A stretch of DNA of 64,000 nucleotides, taken from contig JBBAEN010000002.1 of assembly GCA_041655955.1 (NCBI GenBank), positions 498,355 through 562,354 of the forward strand, written 5' to 3'. Every line of letters begins with the position of its first letter. Within the stretch, counting starts at the first letter, position 1. Positions 15,783 to 24,884 of the stretch are shown here, one piece after another. The stretch comes from Micavibrio sp. GTDB taxonomy: Bacteria > Pseudomonadota > Alphaproteobacteria > Micavibrionales > Micavibrionaceae. The notes beneath the pieces are model-generated. The model was not told the origin of the DNA. It did not search any database and saw nothing but the letters and a program-made list of their open reading frames with translations. Both the position numbers and the translations under genes were made by a program.

Positions 15783-16954
15783 CGCCTGCCGTTCCGCCCC
15801 CACAGCCACAGGCCGATCCCGCCAAGGACGAGAAGCTGCCCGCCAATCCATAAAAGAGCGTCACCGATGGCGCCCCGTTCCGAAATAAGGCCGACGATAA
15901 GGCTGGCCGGGATGAACAGGAAATGCACCATCAGGTTCGCCGTTGAAAGAACCGTCGCGCGGCGTTCCGGCCCGATGCGGGTATTGATGCCCTCGTTGAT
16001 GCGCGGCTGGGCCATGGCGTAAACGAGCGTCCCGCTCAAAAACAGGATAATGCCGAACCATATGGACGTCACCGCCGCAAGCGCGAAGCAGCACAGCACG
16101 AGGAGCACGCCCATGCCGCCGAGCGCCGCGCGGTTGCTGCCGCAGCGATCGATACGGTGGCTGAACTGCCCCGCCACACCGCCGATGATAAAGCTTGCCG
16201 TCATGATGACGCCGAACCATATGACGGGAAGCCCCGCCGCCATGTAATAAGGCTGCTGCGTCCAGAGCATCAATTTGGTCGTACACATGATGACGGTTGA
16301 AACCAGAATGATGCCGGTGATTTCCGGATGGCCGGTCAGGGCGTATTTCATCGTCTTGAAAACATCGTAAAAGACGTGCTTTTCGGCGCTCTTTTGGAAC
16401 CGTTTGGGTTCGCGCACGCATGCAATCGCGATCATCGCGCCGAGCAGGGCTGCCATGTCAAAGACAAGCGGCAGCTTTGGATGGACGAAGAACAGGAATC
16501 CCCCCGCAAGACAGGACAGGGCCGTTCCGTAAAAAGTGGCCCCGTGCCGCTGCCCGTCAAGGCGGCGATAGTCGTCTTCGCGCCCCTCTTCATGCAAACG
16601 GTCGTAAAGAAGCGCCGTATTCGTTCCAGAGTTCAGGGCGACGGCGATGCCGATAACGGCCTGCGCCGAGGTCGCCATCCAAAATCCTTCGGCGAGCATC
16701 AGCATGGCGTAACCGCACAGCCCGAAAAACCCGCCAAGGACGAGGGTGGAGCGGCGTTTCCACATATCCGAAATCCACCCTGAAGGCACTTCGGAAAGCA
16801 GGACGACGGCGGAAAAAACCGCTTCGCCTATCAAAAAGTCGCGGAAGGTCAGCCCGATCGAGTTGTAATAAGGAAAGATAACGGGCAAAAGGAACAGCAT
16901 ATGCGTGAATATGCCGTGCGCGTTGACAAGCCTTATATCGCGTTTCAGGGACAT
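15749..16954 (-). CDS. MFS transporter
   Basis: About 12 TM segments. I prefer the ATG at 16954 (MSLKRD...) because GGAGG sits 5 nt upstream. The track start is 16966. It overlaps the stop of the upstream GNAT gene. Confidence 0.8.
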   Translation of the reverse strand: MSLKRDIRLVNAHGIFTHMLFLLPVIFPYYNSIGLTFRDFLIGEAVFSAVVLLSEVPSGWISDMWKRRSTLVLGGFFGLCGYAMLMLAEGFWMATSAQAVIGIAVALNSGTNTALLYDRLHEEGREDDYRRLDGQRHGATFYGTALSCLAGGFLFFVHPKLPLVFDMAALLGAMIAIACVREPKRFQKSAEKHVFYDVFKTMKYALTGHPEITGIILVSTVIMCTTKLMLWTQQPYYMAAGLPVIWFGVIMTASFIIGGVAGQFSHRIDRCGSNRAALGGMGVLLVLCCFALAAVTSIWFGIILFLSGTLVYAMAQPRINEGINTRIGPERRATVLSTANLMVHFLFIPASLIVGLISERGAIGDALLWIGGQLLVLGGIGLWLWGRNGRRYAASSTITGT

Positions 16955-17526
16955 CGCAGCCTCCATTCCACCTGCAATGCGGGCAGGATGGCGGGATCGG
17001 TCATGGCGTAATGATGTTCGCCCAGCATCGCCCCGTCACTGCATCTTGCGTGGGATTCGGGCGTGTAGCCTGTTTTCGCAAAGCCCAGTTTTTCAATGAT
17101 GCGGCGGCTTTTATCATTCCCCTCAAAATAATTGATCAGGATTTTTTGCGCATCCAAGCCACTGAAGCCGTAATGGATTGTGGCATTGGTCGCCTCGGTC
17201 GCAAGCCCCTTGCCGAGGAAATCTTTCGCAGCCCAATAGCCCGTTTCATAAATTCCGTCGCTCTTTTTGGTAAGGCCCGTGGACAGCGCAAAGCGCCCGC
17301 TCTTGCGGCAAAGCGCTATCAGGGGAAGGCTCCCGTCCTGCGCCGCCACCTCTATATAGGCGCGGGTCGCCTCAAGCGTGTTGAACCCTTCATAGGCCCA
17401 CGACATCCAGAGCTGGAGATCCTCCCAGACCTCGTTCATCGCCCGGTTGATTTCCACGGCGTCATCTTGTGTAGGGAGGCGCAGGACGAGGCGCTCCGTT
17501 AAGATTTCAACAGTGTTCATGCTCAT
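16945..17526 (-). CDS. GNAT family N-acetyltransferase (RimJ/RimL-like)
   Basis: TERLVLRLPTQDD...ETGYWAAKDFLGKGLATEA...FEGNDKSRRIIEKLGF. The ATG at 17526 forms an ATGA overlap with the stop of the upstream paralog. The track start is 17538. Confidence 0.8.
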   Translation of the reverse strand: MSMNTVEILTERLVLRLPTQDDAVEINRAMNEVWEDLQLWMSWAYEGFNTLEATRAYIEVAAQDGSLPLIALCRKSGRFALSTGLTKKSDGIYETGYWAAKDFLGKGLATEATNATIHYGFSGLDAQKILINYFEGNDKSRRIIEKLGFAKTGYTPESHARCSDGAMLGEHHYAMTDPAILPALQVEWRLRCP

Positions 17527-18140
17527 TCTTTCCCCCATGTAACATGTAATTCAGGCAGGTTTTCCGTGTCATAACGCGCATACCAGTGCCGCGCGGCGGC
17601 TGTGCCGTCATTGAGCCGCTCGCTGTCTTCCAGAACGCCCTTCTTTTCAAAGCCGAGTTTTTCAATGACTCGCTGGCTGGCGATATTGCCGCCTGCGTGG
17701 CATATGCCGACTTTCTTTGCGCCGAGTGCGCCAAAGGCATAGCGGAGCAGGGCATTGGTGCTTTCGCCGGCATAGCCCTTTCCCGTTTCCGACGTGCGCA
17801 CCCAATAGCCGATCTCGAAATAGCCGCCGTGCCAGTCCATACGGTGCAGGCCCGTGCCGATAATGAGCTTGCCGGTGGATTTTTCAAAACCGAGCATCAT
17901 CACGTCCTTGCGTAAAATGAATTCGGCATGGCTTTCCCGTGCGACGATTTCCATTTTTTCGGCGCTGTTCGGCTCCTTTGCCCAATCCATCCATTTATTC
18001 AGCTCCGCAAAGCTTTCCTCTTGCGCTTCCGCCATCGCCGCCCCGTCGCCCGGCAGGACGTTCCTCAAAATCAGGCGCGGCGTTTCGATCGGCATGGGAA
18101 TGTCGATGAGGATGGGGTTTTTCTTTTCTGTCGTCGTCAT
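17523..18140 (-). CDS. GNAT family N-acetyltransferase (RimJ/RimL-like), paralog
   Basis: TPRLILRNVLPGD...EIGYWVRTSETGKGYAGEST...HAGGNIASQRVIEKLGF. Same architecture as the downstream gene. Confidence 0.8.
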   Translation of the reverse strand: MTTTEKKNPILIDIPMPIETPRLILRNVLPGDGAAMAEAQEESFAELNKWMDWAKEPNSAEKMEIVARESHAEFILRKDVMMLGFEKSTGKLIIGTGLHRMDWHGGYFEIGYWVRTSETGKGYAGESTNALLRYAFGALGAKKVGICHAGGNIASQRVIEKLGFEKKGVLEDSERLNDGTAAARHWYARYDTENLPELHVTWGKE

Positions 18141-18634
18141 GCGAGCCTCACTTCATAATGGTGTAAAAAGGATTTTTGGCCGTCGCCGAAAACACGTTCT
18201 TCTTTTCCGGTGGGCTTGAACCCGAAGGCCTGGTTGGCGCGGCGGGACGCTTCGTTGCCTTCGCGGTGGCCGACAAGGATACGGCCGAAAAAGCCGCTTT
18301 CGGCGGCCCATTGCATCCGGCTTTCATAAAGAAGCCGTGAATAGCCTTGGCCGCGGTAAGCTTCGCGGATATAGGCCATGGCCAGAAAAGCCGTCTTGCC
18401 GGAAGGATCGTCCCCGTCGCCAAAAACCGCGCCGATGCCGACAAGGGTTCCCGCGTCGAACAGGCCGAAACAGCGCTGGCGCTCGCCGGAAAGAATTTCC
18501 TGCCAGTCCGCGTCCGCCCATAGTGCCTCGCTTTCCAGCCTTCCCGTATATCTATCGGGATGAAGGCGCAGTGCCTCCAGCCGGATGGCCTTGAATATGG
18601 CCCAATCGTTTTTATCCAATGCTCTGACAAACAT
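18137..18634 (-). CDS. GNAT family N-acetyltransferase
   Basis: Track ORF 18137..18820 trimmed to ATG 18634 (MFVRALDKNDWAIFKAIRLEAL...), which is preceded by aaaggagag. Acetyl-CoA block YIREAYRGQGYSRLL. ATGA overlap with the next GNAT gene. Confidence 0.75.
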   Translation of the reverse strand: MFVRALDKNDWAIFKAIRLEALRLHPDRYTGRLESEALWADADWQEILSGERQRCFGLFDAGTLVGIGAVFGDGDDPSGKTAFLAMAYIREAYRGQGYSRLLYESRMQWAAESGFFGRILVGHREGNEASRRANQAFGFKPTGKEERVFGDGQKSFLHHYEVRLA

Positions 18635-19178
18635 GACGATGCTCTCCTTTCGTTTCTGAAAGGCGGGCTGGAAATTAACTCTGATCGATAAAGGGAAAAT
18701 ATCCTGCCAGCCTTTTGGTAAGTCGCTGGCAAAATAAAGAAAAAACCTATGCCAGCATGTAAAACGGCGTTGCTTTGCCGCCGGAAGCGAGTTCCGGTGC
18801 ACATGCATTATTCGCCGCAATGTTCATCTGGCAGGTCATCATGAAACCATGGAACCATGAAAACTTGCATGGTGGCAAGTAAAATTTATAGCGCTGGTGC
18901 TATTTTTTGTTCAAAGGGCGGAAAAAAGCCTTTTTCGTATTTCCTTGACATTCTCCCCCGCTTTATGAGAGAAGAAGCCTGCCTTAGGTTTTGGGTGTTC
19001 GATAACAAGTTGAAAACAAATAAAAAACGAACAATCCCGTTGGTACAGAAACCCTTCCCCGTCATATCAGGGAATATCCAAGTGGTTGTCAGTATCAAGC
19101 CCGATGCTGTAACCGCGGATAATCCGCATGCTGCGCTTCATGGTGAGGCGGGCATTGATTGATGACGAAAGAACCAAA

Positions 19179-20960
19179 ATGACCACAAGCTTTAAAGAGT
19201 TTGCGCTGCATCCCGCTTTGCAAACAGCCCTCGACGCAATGAAATTCGACACGCCGACGCCGGTTCAGGCGATGGCCATCCCGCCCGCGCTGGAGGGGCG
19301 CGACGTTATCGGCTCCGCCCAGACGGGAACCGGAAAGACGGGCGCTTTTTGCGTCCCCATGCTGAACTACCTGATGGATAACCAGACGGCGCACGCCCTT
19401 GTCATGCTGCCGACCCGCGAGCTTGCGGCGCAGGTGCATGTTGTCGCCCGCCAGATGATCGGCGAACAGGCGAAAGGCCCGCAAGGGATCAAAACCGCGC
19501 TCCTCATCGGCGGGGAGCCGATCGGCAAGCAATATGCGCAGCTCGACCGCCGCCCGCGCCTGATTGTCGGCACGCCGGGCCGCATCAACGACCATTTGCG
19601 CGGCAACCCCGATCTTGTTGACCGTGTATCCTTTGTCGTTCTTGACGAAGCCGACCGCATGCTCGATATGGGCTTTGCGCCGCAAATCGACTCCATCCTT
19701 TCGGAAACGGCGCTGGAGCGCCAGACACTGATGTTCTCGGCGACCTTCCCCGATTCCATCGTGAAATTTACCAAGCAATATCTGAACGACCCCGTCCGCA
19801 TCAGCATCGGCCGCGAATCGAAGCCGGGCGAGAATATCGAACAGACCTCCTTGCATGTCGCGCACGAACAAAAATATGACGAGCTTCTTGTCCAGCTCGA
19901 ACAGCGCGAAGGTTCGATCGTTGTCTTTGCGAGAACCCAGCACAGCGCCGAAAAAATCGCGGACAAGCTGAACCGCGACGAGCATAAGGCCGAAGCCATT
20001 CATGGCGGCCTGCGCCAGCGCCAGCGCGACAAGGTCATTTCCCTGTTTCGCAAGGGCACGGTGCGCATCCTTGTGGCGACGGATGTTGCCGCACGCGGCC
20101 TCGATGTGCCGCATGTGGGGCATGTTATCAACTATGACCTGCCGCAAGTCGCCGAAGATTATATCCACCGCATCGGCCGCACCGCCCGTGCGGGTGCGAA
20201 AGGGCAGGCCGTATCCTTTATCTCGCCGTCCGAAAAACATTTATGGCGCGATATCGAACGTATCCTGAATCCGGACGCCGCGAACAGCGATGTCCGTGAA
20301 GGCGGCCGCGGCGGTTTCAAAAAAACCGGCAAAAAGCCCTTTGCGGGCAAGCCGTTCGGTAAAAAGAAATTCGGCCAGAGCCCGTTTGAAGGCCGTAATG
20401 GCGAGCGCAAACCGTTTAAACGCCGCGAAGAAGGCGAAGACCGTCCGTTCCGCGGCGGCGCGGCGCGCAAGCCGAAATGGAATCCTGACGGTGATTTCGC
20501 CCGCAGCGATCGTCCCCGGCATGACCGCGCCGAGGGCGGTTTCAAGAAGCGCGATGATAATTTCGCCGCCAATCCCGACGCCTATAAGAAAACCCGCTTT
20601 GAAGGCGAGAATAAGAAGCCTTTCAAAAAGAAATTCTTTGGCGAGAATGAAGGACGCGGTGAAGGAAGCTCTTTCAAGAAGCCGTTTGTTCGCGGCGATC
20701 GCGACGGCAACCGTTCCGAACGCTCCGGCGAAGGCCGCCCGTTCCGCAAGGAAGGCGTACGCAGGGAAGAGGGCGGGTTTAAGAAACCCTTCAAAACCGA
20801 CGGCGCCAAGAAAAAATCTTTCGGTGCCAAAGGCCCGCGCAATGACAACAGGAATGAAGCAGGCCGGACTGGCGGCGGCGCTGGCGGGCAATTCCGCAAA
20901 GGTAGCGGCGCCCGTTCCGAAGGCCCCGCCCAGCGCAGCCAGAAAAGACGCGCGAATTAG
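19179..20960 (+). CDS. rhlE: DEAD-box ATP-dependent RNA helicase (RhlE-like) with R/G/K/F-rich C-terminal tail
   Basis: Start at ATG 19179 (MTTSFKEFALHPAL...). Q motif, AQTGTGKT, DEAD (VLDEADRM), SAT, HRIGRTARAG. The last ~190 aa are low-complexity and basic. Confidence 0.9.
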   Translation: MTTSFKEFALHPALQTALDAMKFDTPTPVQAMAIPPALEGRDVIGSAQTGTGKTGAFCVPMLNYLMDNQTAHALVMLPTRELAAQVHVVARQMIGEQAKGPQGIKTALLIGGEPIGKQYAQLDRRPRLIVGTPGRINDHLRGNPDLVDRVSFVVLDEADRMLDMGFAPQIDSILSETALERQTLMFSATFPDSIVKFTKQYLNDPVRISIGRESKPGENIEQTSLHVAHEQKYDELLVQLEQREGSIVVFARTQHSAEKIADKLNRDEHKAEAIHGGLRQRQRDKVISLFRKGTVRILVATDVAARGLDVPHVGHVINYDLPQVAEDYIHRIGRTARAGAKGQAVSFISPSEKHLWRDIERILNPDAANSDVREGGRGGFKKTGKKPFAGKPFGKKKFGQSPFEGRNGERKPFKRREEGEDRPFRGGAARKPKWNPDGDFARSDRPRHDRAEGGFKKRDDNFAANPDAYKKTRFEGENKKPFKKKFFGENEGRGEGSSFKKPFVRGDRDGNRSERSGEGRPFRKEGVRREEGGFKKPFKTDGAKKKSFGAKGPRNDNRNEAGRTGGGAGGQFRKGSGARSEGPAQRSQKRRAN

Positions 20961-20985
20961 CCGCGGCTCTTGAAATAGAACAGAT

Positions 20986-21015
20986 AAAAACCCCGCCGGT
21001 GGAGCGGGGTTTTTT
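20986..21015 (+). terminator. Rho-independent terminator of the helicase gene
   Basis: aaaaa-ccccgc-cggtgga-gcgggg-tttttt. Confidence 0.7.
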
Positions 21016-21041
21016 ATTGATATATCAATATATTGTATAAT
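21016..21041. promoter_or_regulatory. AT-rich shared motif, copy A (contains the 12-bp perfect palindrome TTGATATATCAA)
   Basis: attgatatatcaatatattgtataat aligns with 58415..58440 (attgatatataaatcatattgtattc): 23 identical positions with one 1-nt gap. It sits ~45 nt upstream of the HAD-like ORF. Confidence 0.35.
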
Positions 21042-21084
21042 ATTATAGACTTCGGGGCGGCAGGCTGGTATTCATTATGAAAAT

Positions 21085-22023
21085 ATGGGGGTAGGAGTTC
21101 TAGTGCTAACCAGCATTCATAGCATTTTTCAGTCAGGCGCAATAAGGGCCGTTCTTTTGGATCACGCTGGCGTTCTCGTCGATATCGAGAACCTGCACGG
21201 CCAGGCGCGCGCCCGTTTGTTCAATCAGTTCGGCTGTAATCTCACGCCTGCCGATGGCAAAAGCATGATGGGTTTCGGTGAGAAAAAGCTCTTTGAATAT
21301 ATGCAGGCGGGGATCGTGGAACCATCTATTCTTGGCAGGCATTTGCCCTTGCTGGAAGATTTCAAGCGCGTTGTCGAAGGGTTCGACGGCGACTGGCAGG
21401 CTTTTAAAAACGGCCACGAAAAAATGTACGAAACCCTGTATGCGCAGATTGACGATCCGCGCAGCCTTGTCACGGCGGGCCTGACAGAATTCCATATGGC
21501 GGCCTATGAGCGCGGCATCCCTGAAGGCATCGTATCAAATTCTGCCAGGGCCCATGTCATGGCCGATGCGGCTTTGAATATTCAGCGCTTCAATCAATTG
21601 TGTTTTGCCAAGGGGAAGACAGAAGTCGAACATGGCGATCTGTTCAGGGTTACCCTGACGGCTGATGACATGAAGGAAATGGGTGTTCCGACCAAACCGT
21701 CTATGGCGCCCTATCTCATCGGCGCAGCCAGGATGCAAGCCGTGCAGGGCCTTGAGAATATGCGCATGAGCGAGATATTATGCGTTGAAGATTCCAAAAT
21801 CGGCGTGGCCTCCGCCGAAGCGGCGGGGCTTCTGGTGATAGAACGCATATATGATACGGAGCCCGGTAGTAATGCCTCTATCCGGAATGCAAAGGCTTTT
21901 GGCTGGGTCGATGAATATGGGCGGATGGATCAGATTGAGCTTAATCCCGCGCATCCCGTTGCTAAAAGAATCATGGATGGGGCTTACGCAAGGCCCGCGG
22001 CGATGGCCCTGCAACCGTTATAG
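21085..22023 (+). CDS. HAD superfamily hydrolase-like protein
   Basis: 312 aa. Motif I reads AVLLDHAGVLVD and motif IV reads CVEDSKIGVASAEAAGL. Alternative GTG start at 21103 behind aggag. Visibly AT-richer than its neighbours. Confidence 0.65.
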   Translation: MGVGVLVLTSIHSIFQSGAIRAVLLDHAGVLVDIENLHGQARARLFNQFGCNLTPADGKSMMGFGEKKLFEYMQAGIVEPSILGRHLPLLEDFKRVVEGFDGDWQAFKNGHEKMYETLYAQIDDPRSLVTAGLTEFHMAAYERGIPEGIVSNSARAHVMADAALNIQRFNQLCFAKGKTEVEHGDLFRVTLTADDMKEMGVPTKPSMAPYLIGAARMQAVQGLENMRMSEILCVEDSKIGVASAEAAGLLVIERIYDTEPGSNASIRNAKAFGWVDEYGRMDQIELNPAHPVAKRIMDGAYARPAAMALQPL

Positions 22024-22129
22024 GATGCCGTAGCACCTAACCGGCATTAAAAATCCCGCCATCACAGGCGGGATTTTCGTATCCGGTATGTCCGCGGCGC
22101 GGCGCCTTGCCGGCATTTTCATGCCTGTA

Positions 22130-23986
22130 TTATGCGCCCATGGCCTCCGCATCTTTCTTTGCGCGTTTCTTGGCGATGTCCCGCTCGTTTTGCGTCAGGT
22201 AGCGCTTGCGCAGGCGCAAGGATTGGGGTGTGACTTCGACCAGCTCGTCGTCATTGATATATGACATCATTTGTTCCAGGCTCATCTTTTTCGGCGGCAC
22301 GAGGATAACGGCGTCATCCGTCCCGCTGGCCCGCACGTTGGTGAGTTTTTTGCCCTTCAGCACGTTGATGTCGAGATCGTTCTCGCGGGAATGCTCGCCG
22401 ACGATCATGCCTTCATAGACCTTGTCGCCATGGCCGATAAACATGATGCCGCGATCCTGAAGGTTGAAGATCGCATAGGCGACGGCTTCGCCCTTGTCCG
22501 TGGAGATAAGTGCGCCGTTGCGGCGGGCGGGGATGTCGCCCTTATAGGGGCCGTAGGAATCGAACAGGCGGTTCATCAATCCCGTGCCGCGCGTGTCGGT
22601 CAGGAATTGCGACTGATAGCCGATAAGGCCGCGGGAAGGGGCGAGGAAGGTAATGCGGGTTTTCCCGGCGCCGCTTGGGCGCATATCGCGCAGTTCGGCC
22701 TTGCGCTGCGTCATTTTTTCAACGACTGCGCCGGAATATTGCTCATCGACGTCGCAGATGACTTCTTCATACGGTTCCATCAAATGACCGTTTTCGTCTT
22801 TTTTCAAAAGGACGCGCGGGCGGGACACGGATAGCTCGAATCCCTCGCGGCGCATGGTTTCGATAAGGACGCCCAGCTGAAGCTCGCCGCGCCCCGCCAG
22901 TTCAAACGCGTCTTTTCCGGCTGTTTCCGCGACGCGGATTGCGACGTTGGTTTCGGCTTCGGCCATCAAGCGGTCGCGGATCATGGTGGAGGTCAGTTTT
23001 TTGCCTTCCGTTCCCGCATAGGGCGAATCGTTGACCGTTATCGTCACCGCCATTGTCGGCGGATCGATTGGTTGCGTCGGTACGGGCGCGGTTACGGATG
23101 GTTCGCATATCGTGTCGGCGACGGATGTTTTATTCATGCCCGCAATAATGATGATATCGCCGGCCACAGCCTCGTCAACCGGCACTTTTTCAATGCCGCG
23201 ATAGGCAAAAAGTTTTGTTAAGCGGAAATTCTCGACCGTTTTCCCGTCAAGACTCATGGATTTTACGGTCATATTGGCTTTTGGCTTGCCGGAATAAACC
23301 TTGCCGGTCAGGACGCGGCCAAGAAACGGATCGGCAGAAAGCAGGGTCGCCAGCATGGAGAAAGGCGCGTCGGCATCGACTTTCGGCGCCGGAACATGCC
23401 TCATGACTAGATTCAAAAGCGGGTGCAGGTTTTCACGCGGCGCATCGAGGCTCTCCGCACACCATCCATCACGGCCCGAAGCATAAAGCACGGGGAAGTC
23501 GAGCTGTTCGTCGCTTGCGTCAAGGGATACGAAAAGATCGAAAATCTCGTCCAGAACCTCGTCGGGGCGGGCGTCGGAACGGTCGATTTTGTTGATGAGG
23601 ACGATCGGGCGGATGCCGAGATTCAAAGCCTTGCCAAGGACGAATTTCGTCTGCGGCAGCGGCCCTTCGGCTGAATCGGTCAAAAGAATAACGCCGTCGC
23701 ACATGGTCAGGACGCGCTCCACCTCGCCGCCGAAATCCGCGTGGCCCGGCGTGTCGATGACGTTGATGCGCGCGCCCTCCCAATCAATGGCCGTGCATTT
23801 TGCAAGGATGGTAATGCCGCGCTCTTTCTCGATATCGCCGGAATCCATCATGCGCTCTTCCGTATGCTCGTTCTCGCGGAACGTGCCGGATTGTTTCAGG
23901 ATGCTGTCAATCAGCGTTGTTTTTCCGTGGTCAACGTGCGCGATGATGGCGATGTTGCGGATTTTGGACGGGTCATTTGCGGCCAT
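22130..23986 (-). CDS. typA: Translational GTPase TypA/BipA
   Basis: 618 aa. IRNIAIIAHVDHGKTTL, DTPGHADFGGEV, NKIDR. Confidence 0.95.
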   Translation of the reverse strand: MAANDPSKIRNIAIIAHVDHGKTTLIDSILKQSGTFRENEHTEERMMDSGDIEKERGITILAKCTAIDWEGARINVIDTPGHADFGGEVERVLTMCDGVILLTDSAEGPLPQTKFVLGKALNLGIRPIVLINKIDRSDARPDEVLDEIFDLFVSLDASDEQLDFPVLYASGRDGWCAESLDAPRENLHPLLNLVMRHVPAPKVDADAPFSMLATLLSADPFLGRVLTGKVYSGKPKANMTVKSMSLDGKTVENFRLTKLFAYRGIEKVPVDEAVAGDIIIIAGMNKTSVADTICEPSVTAPVPTQPIDPPTMAVTITVNDSPYAGTEGKKLTSTMIRDRLMAEAETNVAIRVAETAGKDAFELAGRGELQLGVLIETMRREGFELSVSRPRVLLKKDENGHLMEPYEEVICDVDEQYSGAVVEKMTQRKAELRDMRPSGAGKTRITFLAPSRGLIGYQSQFLTDTRGTGLMNRLFDSYGPYKGDIPARRNGALISTDKGEAVAYAIFNLQDRGIMFIGHGDKVYEGMIVGEHSRENDLDINVLKGKKLTNVRASGTDDAVILVPPKKMSLEQMMSYINDDELVEVTPQSLRLRKRYLTQNERDIAKKRAKKDAEAMGA

Positions 23987-24409
23987 GGTCTGGTCTTTCG
24001 TGTAAATCTCTATGTTTCAATTGCAGTTTCTTGGAAGAAGGGCCGTCCTGCGCGCAAGGGCGCAGGGCCGGTATAATGGCGCTATGCCATGTCCGGAGGC
24101 CTGATGCGGCAGCGGCGCAGGAAATAATCGGGAATTTTTGCTTCCATGGCGCGGCTTTTACAGGGATTTGACGGAAAAGGCCAGTAAAATCATGCTATTT
24201 GCCAAGGCGGCCATGCTTGTTTTCCCGCCCCTGCTCAATAAAGGGCGCATTGCGCCGCCATTCAGGCTGGAGGACGTATCCTTTAAGTCCGGCGATTTTG
24301 GCGGGCAGTGGGACGCCGGTTTTGCAGGCCGCAAGCACGGGTGCGGAGCGTGTGGGCGGGGCCTTATCGGGCAGGCGGGGCATTATAGAGAATGCACCCG
24401 CCCGGGGCT

Positions 24410-24553
24410 TTAAAAATCAATGCATCTTCCGTCTTTTTCCCAATCGCCGTAGCGGACGGGGTCGGGGCCGTCCCGGCCACCTGTTTCCGCCGGTTTTTGC
24501 GGAGATGCGGGTGCTTTTTCGCCTTTAGGGGCTTTATCTGCGTCTTTGGTCAT
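24410..24553 (-). CDS. DUF1674 family small protein (SDHAF4-like)
   Basis: The C-terminal ...PVRYGDWEKDGRCIDF is the family hallmark. I start at internal ATG 24553 (MTKDADKAPKG...). Confidence 0.6.
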   Translation of the reverse strand: MTKDADKAPKGEKAPASPQKPAETGGRDGPDPVRYGDWEKDGRCIDF

Positions 24554-24593
24554 GGCAAAGACTATATATCGGTAACCTTCACCTGGAAAGACC

Positions 24594-24884
24594 ATGCAGA
24601 TACTTGCCCCTTACCGCGCCCGCATTGACGCTTTGGATGACCGGATAATCGATCTTCTGGCCGAGAGGACGGGGATTATCCGCGAGGTTGCGGCCGTGAA
24701 AAAGGAGCATAACATCCCTTCCGTCCTGCCCGATCGCGTAGAAGAGGTTATCGGGCGCTGCGCCGCCCGTGCGGCGGCCAAAGGAATGGAGGCGGATCTG
24801 GCGCGCGTGCTTTATGCCGAGATCGTGCGGCGGGCCTGCGCGCTTGAAGACGCCATCATGGAAAAAGAAGCGGGGGAATCATGA
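24594..24884 (+). CDS. Chorismate mutase (AroQ class)
   Basis: 96 aa. LAPYRARIDALDDRIIDLLAERTGIIREVAAVKKEHNIP. Confidence 0.8.
   Translation: MQILAPYRARIDALDDRIIDLLAERTGIIREVAAVKKEHNIPSVLPDRVEEVIGRCAARAAAKGMEADLARVLYAEIVRRACALEDAIMEKEAGES

Noticed and set aside
23987-24409. ORFs 24138..24413, 24199..24528 and 24195..24383 in the typA / DUF1674 intergenic region.
   Set aside because: They mutually overlap in different frames, have no SD and yield Arg/Gly/Pro-rich products. The region most likely holds the typA promoter and leader.
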